Of a DNA stretch of 64,000 nucleotides, positions 58,502-64,000 are shown piece after piece. The stretch is from a bacterium (GTDB taxonomy: Bacteria > UBA8248), in the NCBI GenBank assembly GCA_965204535.1, contig CBDBEV010000001.1, forward strand, positions 2,496,001 to 2,560,000. The letters are read 5' to 3'. The first letter of the stretch is position 1, and every line of letters begins with the position of its first letter. The notes under the pieces are model-generated. The model saw only the letters and a list, made by a program, of their open reading frames with translations. It was not told the origin of the DNA and made no database searches. A program made the translations under genes and the position numbers.

Positions 58502-59593
58502 TCAGGGGTCGGGCAAGATCACAGGCGCCACGTCCTCGAGCAGCGGCAGAACCTCGCGACCGAAAATCTGTGCTTCCTCCAGATAAGGCCAGCCGTGCAT
58601 GATGAAATGCGTCACGCCGGCGTCGACGTATTCGCGGAACTGATTCGCCACCATCTCCGGCGTGCCCACGAAGGTGGTGGCCCCGCCGGCGCGCACCTTG
58701 TTCACGCCCATCCAGATGGTGTCGGTGAGCCAGAGGGATTCTCTTGAGGCCATCTCGTTGATGCGCGACTGGCTCGTGGATTCGCTCAGGCGAACCGAAT
58801 CCGCCCAGGTGGCGGTATTGCCGATGTCGCTGTCGTTCAGCCAGCCCTCCACGGTGCGCCTCGCCTCTTGTTTCGTCTCCCGCACGCAGACGCAGTGGCG
58901 CACTCCGAATTCGAGAGGGGCCTCGCGCTCGAACTCATTTTCCAGCTTTATGACCTCTTGAATTTCCTTCGCCACGGTTTCCGGTTCATAGGCAAAAAAG
59001 ACGTGGACGTCGCCATAGCGCGCGGCGACGCGCTTTCCCCCCGGAGAGCTGCCCGCCAGAAAGATGGTGGGGTGGGGGTTTGAATAACGCTTCGGCCAGA
59101 TGTGGGCGTCTTCCACGTGGAAAAAGCGGCCCTTGTAATTCACGGGTCCATCTTCCCGCCAGAGGCGGTGCACGACCTCGAGAAATTCCTCGGTCACTTC
59201 GTATCTTTCATCATGAAGCGCGTGGTAGCCGTAACGCCTCAAGTCCGCTGAGTTCGCGCCCGAGACGACGTTGAGTGATAAGCGGCCTTTCGTGAAGTAG
59301 TCCAGCGTGTTCGCCTGCTGGGCGGCGTAGACCGGACTCACCAGACCGGGGCGGAAGGCGACCAGAAACTTGATTTTCTTCGTTTGGGTCGCCAGGGAGG
59401 ATGCCGTCTGCCAGGCATCGACGCAATGCGTGCCCGTCGGCACAAGAATGTTGACGCACCCGGCGTCTTCGGCCGCCTGAGTGACCCGGGCCAGATAATC
59501 CAGCGTGGCAGGACGCTCAGGCACGGCGGGATTGATTTGGTGGCCGTCGCCCGCGTTGAACGAGCACAATGCCCAATGAAACTGAACAGCCAA
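58502..59593 (-). CDS. LLM-class flavin-dependent monooxygenase (SsuD-like)
   Basis: LVPTG, KFLVAFRPG, LNVVSG and PYLEEA motifs; TTG start. Confidence 0.88.
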   Translation of the reverse strand: MAVQFHWALCSFNAGDGHQINPAVPERPATLDYLARVTQAAEDAGCVNILVPTGTHCVDAWQTASSLATQTKKIKFLVAFRPGLVSPVYAAQQANTLDYFTKGRLSLNVVSGANSADLRRYGYHALHDERYEVTEEFLEVVHRLWREDGPVNYKGRFFHVEDAHIWPKRYSNPHPTIFLAGSSPGGKRVAARYGDVHVFFAYEPETVAKEIQEVIKLENEFEREAPLEFGVRHCVCVRETKQEARRTVEGWLNDSDIGNTATWADSVRLSESTSQSRINEMASRESLWLTDTIWMGVNKVRAGGATTFVGTPEMVANQFREYVDAGVTHFIMHGWPYLEEAQIFGREVLPLLEDVAPVILPDP

Positions 59594-59823
59594 GTCTTCT
59601 CCTGCATTTTGAATGCGCGTCCGGTTTGCACTTGCTTAGAATCGGAATGGCCCGCTTCAAGAACGAACCCAGTGCCTTTTGTCTGGATATTACACTATCG
59701 ATGATCCCCGAAAAATGCGCGAAGAACTCGAAACGATCAAAGCGCGCGGCTGTGCGCTCGACAAGGGAGATTTCAGAGAGGATGCCTGCGGCGTAAGCGC
59801 TCCTTGATTCCTTTTGAGCAGAT

Positions 59824-61029
59824 TCACCATCGCCTGGGATGAGCATCAGGGATAGGGCCGCTCAAGGTGCCGCGGCCCGATTTTTGTCTGATGTAGACGG
59901 TCTTGTTGTGATCGTCGGGAATTTCTCCATGTAGTGCTTTTTTAAGCCAATCCACGGCCCAGGGGTTCAGGTCCAGGTTGCCGAGTCCCTGCATTCCCCA
60001 CACTCTGTGGAACTCGTTTTCCAGTACCCACAATTCCTTGGGCGCCGCGATCTCCTCGAAAAAGCGGAAAGCGTCTTCCAGGTGGCTCAGCGGGTCGAAT
60101 TCTCCCGTGGCCAATAGCGTCGGGCAGGAGATTTTCGCCCCACAGCCTTTGAGCGTCATCTTTGCGGCCATCTCGTCGAAAGCCTCTTCGTCGGTGTATC
60201 CGGCCATGTACATGAAGATTTGCTTGAAACGCGGAGAAGCTTCGCCGAAGATCACGTGCTTGTCCGAAAAGGTAGCGCTGCCTCCCGCGCAGGCCTTGAT
60301 CCTCTCGTCCATCGCTGCGGCGAGCGGTGCCCAGTAAGAACCCATGCTGATGCCGAATACGCCGATTTTATCCGGGTCGATTTCCTCGCGGGTCACCAGA
60401 TAATCGATCACCGCCGAAACGGCGCGCTCATAATTGTTTTCGGTCACGCGGATTTTGCGCATGTTGGAGACGCCTTGCCCGGGGCCGTCGATGGCGCAGG
60501 CGTGCATGCCCCGCCGAATCATGTCGTTCTGCAGGATGTAGGGATAAAACTCCTTCGTCTGGTCCATGCCGGGAATGTAGATGATGCAAGGGGCTTTTCT
60601 CCTGCCCGGCAAGAGGTGGAGAATGATTTGAATCTCCCGGCCCTCGAAGGGGACTTCGATCCGCTCCACCGGATAATCGGCCAGGGCAATCGCCCGGTCA
60701 TAGCATCGGGTCAACCCGGCGTGAAGTTTGAGCTTCTGCGGATGATCATCTTCAAAAATGACGTGTTGTCCTTTGCGGTATGATTCCGACGCCTGGATGT
60801 AGAGCTCGAGCGCCGTTTCCCGCATCCCGGCCTCTTCCGCCGCCCGGGCGATTTCTTCCTTGTGCTGCGCATCCTCGCCCTGGAGCTTGCTGATCATCTT
60901 GTAGTTCTTCACGCCCTTGGGAAGCTCGAACTTGTCGTCTTCGAAGTTCTGGACCATTCCGGCCGTCTTGGCGATGTAATCCAGTATCCATTGCTGGTTG
61001 TCGCGGCGGCGAACGTGTTTCAGAGACAT
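59824..61029 (-). CDS. Alpha/beta hydrolase (FrsA / 2,6-dihydroxypseudooxynicotine hydrolase-like)
   Basis: PGMDQTKE, DGPGQG and GISMGS nucleophile elbow. Confidence 0.85.
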   Translation of the reverse strand: MSLKHVRRRDNQQWILDYIAKTAGMVQNFEDDKFELPKGVKNYKMISKLQGEDAQHKEEIARAAEEAGMRETALELYIQASESYRKGQHVIFEDDHPQKLKLHAGLTRCYDRAIALADYPVERIEVPFEGREIQIILHLLPGRRKAPCIIYIPGMDQTKEFYPYILQNDMIRRGMHACAIDGPGQGVSNMRKIRVTENNYERAVSAVIDYLVTREEIDPDKIGVFGISMGSYWAPLAAAMDERIKACAGGSATFSDKHVIFGEASPRFKQIFMYMAGYTDEEAFDEMAAKMTLKGCGAKISCPTLLATGEFDPLSHLEDAFRFFEEIAAPKELWVLENEFHRVWGMQGLGNLDLNPWAVDWLKKALHGEIPDDHNKTVYIRQKSGRGTLSGPIPDAHPRRW

Positions 61030-61090
61030 ATATTTATCCTCGCTTGATCAGGTTGTATGAGCGCTCATTTTTATCAGGATATCGCGAAGC

Positions 61091-62191
61091 TCAGCATCCG
61101 CTTTTTCCGTCGTTCGGGATGGTGAGAATTTCCGCCGATTTCAGCACTTCGTTGTCGGTTGCGCCCCCTGCGATGAGAACCCGCCCTCCCCCGAGGGAAG
61201 TGGCCGTATGGAGGCGTCTGGGAAATTTCATTTCGACGCCCACGGACCAGAAGCATCCTTTCCCGGGCTCATACACTTCCGCGTCGGCCAGGGTCCGTCC
61301 CTCACCGCCCCAGCCGCCGATCAGGACGACTCTGCCGTCAGGCATCAGCGTGGCGGTGTGCTGCTGGCGGTTGACGCGCAGTTCGTCTTTCAGCGGCGTG
61401 AATTTTTCCGTCGCCGGGTCGTAGATTTCAGCGCTGGCGAGTGTTTTTTCCTTGCCCAGACCGCCTGCGATGAGCACCCTCCCGTCCAGAAGCCTTGTGG
61501 CGGTGTGGCGGCTCCTTTGCGCCGTCAGGCTTCGGACCAGCCGCGTTATTCCCTGAGAGGGCAGGTAAAGCTCCGCGTAGCGCGCCCCCTTTCCTTCCGC
61601 GCCGCCCAGGATGAGGATGTTGCCCCCGGATAGCGCGGTGGCGCTGTGCTGCTGGCGCGCCATGAGCATGGGCCTCCGCGCCGGGAGGAAGCGCTTTTTG
61701 CCGGACACGTATATTTCCAGATGGCGAATGGCGCGCTTCCCGTTGTTGCCGCCGGCGATGAGCACGTCTTCGGCGGGCAGCTTGGTCATCGTGTGATCAT
61801 AGCGCCCGTATTTCATCAAGGCCCGTGCGCGGACTCCACCGCCGGGTTGTATGAGGAAAGAGTCTCTGAGCGCCTCCCCTCCATTCGTCCAGCCGCCGGT
61901 AATCAGCACCCCACCCTTGAGTAGAATCGCCTTGTGCCAGCCGCGCGCCCGCAGGCCTTGAATCTTGTGGGGCTTGAAGGTTCCCCGCGCCGGGTCGTAT
62001 ATCTCGAAATCACCGAGCGGAGAGGTTTTCGTGAGACCCGCGGCGATGAGAATTTCGCCGGTTTCGAGTTTTGTGGCCGTATGCCCGTGCCGGGGGGCGT
62101 TCATATTCCCCGACGGGGAGAAATCCCCCTCACCGCCGCAGGCGGCCAGGGCCATGCCGAACAGCAAACAAATTATCGTTCGTATCCCCAT
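61091..62191 (-). CDS. Kelch-repeat (7-blade beta-propeller) lipoprotein
   Basis: Lipobox LAAC; seven R..HTAT.L..G.VL..GG repeats. Confidence 0.88.
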   Translation of the reverse strand: MGIRTIICLLFGMALAACGGEGDFSPSGNMNAPRHGHTATKLETGEILIAAGLTKTSPLGDFEIYDPARGTFKPHKIQGLRARGWHKAILLKGGVLITGGWTNGGEALRDSFLIQPGGGVRARALMKYGRYDHTMTKLPAEDVLIAGGNNGKRAIRHLEIYVSGKKRFLPARRPMLMARQQHSATALSGGNILILGGAEGKGARYAELYLPSQGITRLVRSLTAQRSRHTATRLLDGRVLIAGGLGKEKTLASAEIYDPATEKFTPLKDELRVNRQQHTATLMPDGRVVLIGGWGGEGRTLADAEVYEPGKGCFWSVGVEMKFPRRLHTATSLGGGRVLIAGGATDNEVLKSAEILTIPNDGKSGC

Positions 62192-62312
62192 CCATTCTCC
62201 CCTGGGCTTCACAATTCAGGCAGGAGGCCTCCGTAAGACCTCATGGCCTCGAAAACCCGCCTGTGGTACATTTTCGCCCATACCTCGAGACCATTCCATA
62301 CCGGGAGCCATT

Positions 62313-63263
62313 ATGCGCGAGACGGGCGATATCCGAAACGTCGCTGTCATCGGGGGTGGATATGTGGGCCGGGGCGTGGCGCTGCAGTTCGCCCTCGCGG
62401 ATTTTCGCGTCTTGATGTTCAACCGAAGCCCCGAAAGCGCTGCGCGCGCGCGCGCTGAAATCGAAAAAAGCCTTGATATTCTCGTCGATGCGGACGTGCT
62501 GGAAGAAGAAGGCGCGCGCGGTGTTTCAGAGCGCATCGCCCTGACGCAGGATTTGAAAGAAGCCGTGAGTGGCGGCGATTTCGTCGTCGAGGCGGTGAGT
62601 GAAATTTTATCGCTCAAACAGGATGTTTTCGAGAAGATGGACGCGATAGCCCCGCCCGACGTGATACTGGCGAGCGAGACCTCGGGGCTGGGCATGACGG
62701 ATATTTCCGCGCGGACGAAGCATCCCGGGCGCTGCATCGTCACCCACAACTACACCCCCCCTCATCTCATACCCGTCGTGGAGGTGGCGGCGGGCCGCCG
62801 GACGAGCCCGGATACGACGCGGATCACCTGCGAGTTGCTCGAAAAAGCAGGCAAGGAGCCCATCGTCTGCCGGGAGGTGCCCGGACACATCGGGGTGAGG
62901 CTCACGACGGCGCTCAGGCGCGAGGCTTACCACATCGTGGAAAAAGGCTACGCGCGTCCCGAGGACGTCGACGCCGTGTGGCGCTCTATCGCCCCGCTCT
63001 TCCCGGCGCTGGGGCTGTGCAAGCTCAACGATTTCTCGGGCATGGACGTGCTGCGCGACGTGCACCGCAATATCCAGCCCACGCTCGATCACCGGGGGGA
63101 ACCCGGTCCCCTGATGGACGAGATGGTGGAGAAGAACCTGCTTGGGGTCAAGAGCGGCGAGGGGTTTTACAGGTGGACGGCGGAATCGGCCCGCGAGGCG
63201 GCGCGCCTGCGGGATGAGGCATTGATTCGGTTGTACCGGGATCGAAAAAACGAGGTTTCGTGA
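62313..63263 (+). CDS. 3-hydroxyacyl-CoA dehydrogenase family protein
   Basis: VIGGGYVG, EAVSE..LK, ASETS and THNYTPPHLIPVVE motifs; start ATG 62313. Confidence 0.9.
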   Translation: MRETGDIRNVAVIGGGYVGRGVALQFALADFRVLMFNRSPESAARARAEIEKSLDILVDADVLEEEGARGVSERIALTQDLKEAVSGGDFVVEAVSEILSLKQDVFEKMDAIAPPDVILASETSGLGMTDISARTKHPGRCIVTHNYTPPHLIPVVEVAAGRRTSPDTTRITCELLEKAGKEPIVCREVPGHIGVRLTTALRREAYHIVEKGYARPEDVDAVWRSIAPLFPALGLCKLNDFSGMDVLRDVHRNIQPTLDHRGEPGPLMDEMVEKNLLGVKSGEGFYRWTAESAREAARLRDEALIRLYRDRKNEVS

Positions 63264-63314
63264 CGGAAACGGAGCGGAATTCAGGTTCGTGAACCTTCAT
63301 GCGGAGGAGCCGAC

Positions 63315-64000
63315 ATGGTGGATTACATTCTGGACGACGAACTGAAAGCCTGGCAGGGCAAGATCGCCGAATTCTCGAAAAACGAGTTGAGGCCGTACGC
63401 GGCCGAGTGGGACCGCCAAAACGGAATCGACCCGACGAGTTCTTTTCCCATGGACGCGCTCAGGAAAGCCTCCGCGGCGGGCATCCGGACGCTCACGACG
63501 CCGAAGGAGATGGGCGGGGAGGGTTTCGGCATTTTCGCGCACGTGGTCCTGCTGGAGGAGCTGTTCCAGGGCGAGGCGGGCTTCGCCTCCGTCATCCACC
63601 AGAACTGGAAGCTCGCCAAGATGCTCTGCCACTTCACCACCGAGGAGCAGCGCGCGGAGTTCCTGCCCCGCTACATGGACGTGGACACCTCCACCATGGC
63701 CATCGGCATGACGGAGCCCCAGGCGGGCACGGACAACATCATGCCCGCCACGAACGTCGACGGCGGCGCGCGGCTCTCCGCCGTGAGGCAGGGCGATACC
63801 TGGATACTGAACGGCAAGAAGCACTTCATCGCCTGCGCGTCGATGAGCAACATCAATTTCATCGTGGCGAGAACCAACCCGGACGTCCCCGTGAACGAGG
63901 GGACCACCATGTTCATCATGACGGACGAGATACCCGGCTTCCGGCACGGGATCATCCACGGAAAACTCGGCGCGCGCCTTCTGATGAACGGGGAACTCAT
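63315..64000 (+). CDS. Acyl-CoA dehydrogenase, N-terminal part (runs off the window)
   Basis: Own translation MVDYILDDELKAWQGKIAEFSKNELRPYAAEWD...GMTEPQAGTD...ILNGKKHFI; GGAGG RBS. Confidence 0.88.
   Translation, partial: MVDYILDDELKAWQGKIAEFSKNELRPYAAEWDRQNGIDPTSSFPMDALRKASAAGIRTLTTPKEMGGEGFGIFAHVVLLEELFQGEAGFASVIHQNWKLAKMLCHFTTEEQRAEFLPRYMDVDTSTMAIGMTEPQAGTDNIMPATNVDGGARLSAVRQGDTWILNGKKHFIACASMSNINFIVARTNPDVPVNEGTTMFIMTDEIPGFRHGIIHGKLGARLLMNGEL

Overview
GC-rich bacterial chromosomal window with five parts. (1) 1-15855: two complex I (nuo) gene sets in tandem. The first is the tail nuoI-J-K-L-M-N; the second, nuoA-B-C-D-H-J-K-L-M-N, lacks nuoEFG and nuoI. (2) 16483-20925: a complete, AT-richer IS1595-family cargo transposon with perfect 24-bp TIRs and an 8-bp TSD. 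Besides its transposase it carries three non-canonical tRNA-like genes, a ~170-nt structured ncRNA fused to one of them, a riboregulator-like leader with a putative antisense RNA, a secreted metzincin/TbpB-barrel protein and a chain of micro-ORFs. This is the strongest candidate for an undescribed system. (3) 21.5-26 kb: HAD hydrolase, AIR-synthase-like protein, tRNA-Phe, an OsmC-like selenoprotein (in-frame UGA plus SECIS-like hairpin), DinB-like and TauE genes. (4) 26206-31262: a lower-GC, tightly coupled five-gene cassette, dcm - GHKL/MORC-like ATPase - unknown - DUF6339-like - vsr, with no recognisable restriction endonuclease (candidate defence system). (5) 31.4-64 kb: an orphan Mo-hydroxylase large subunit, REP/MITE repeats, two MMPL exporters (one frameshifted) around an MpaB/Lcp-like oxygenase, a Liv-type ABC transporter and a long catabolic cluster. 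No CRISPR array or rRNA was seen. All calls come from reading the sequence by eye; no database searches were run.
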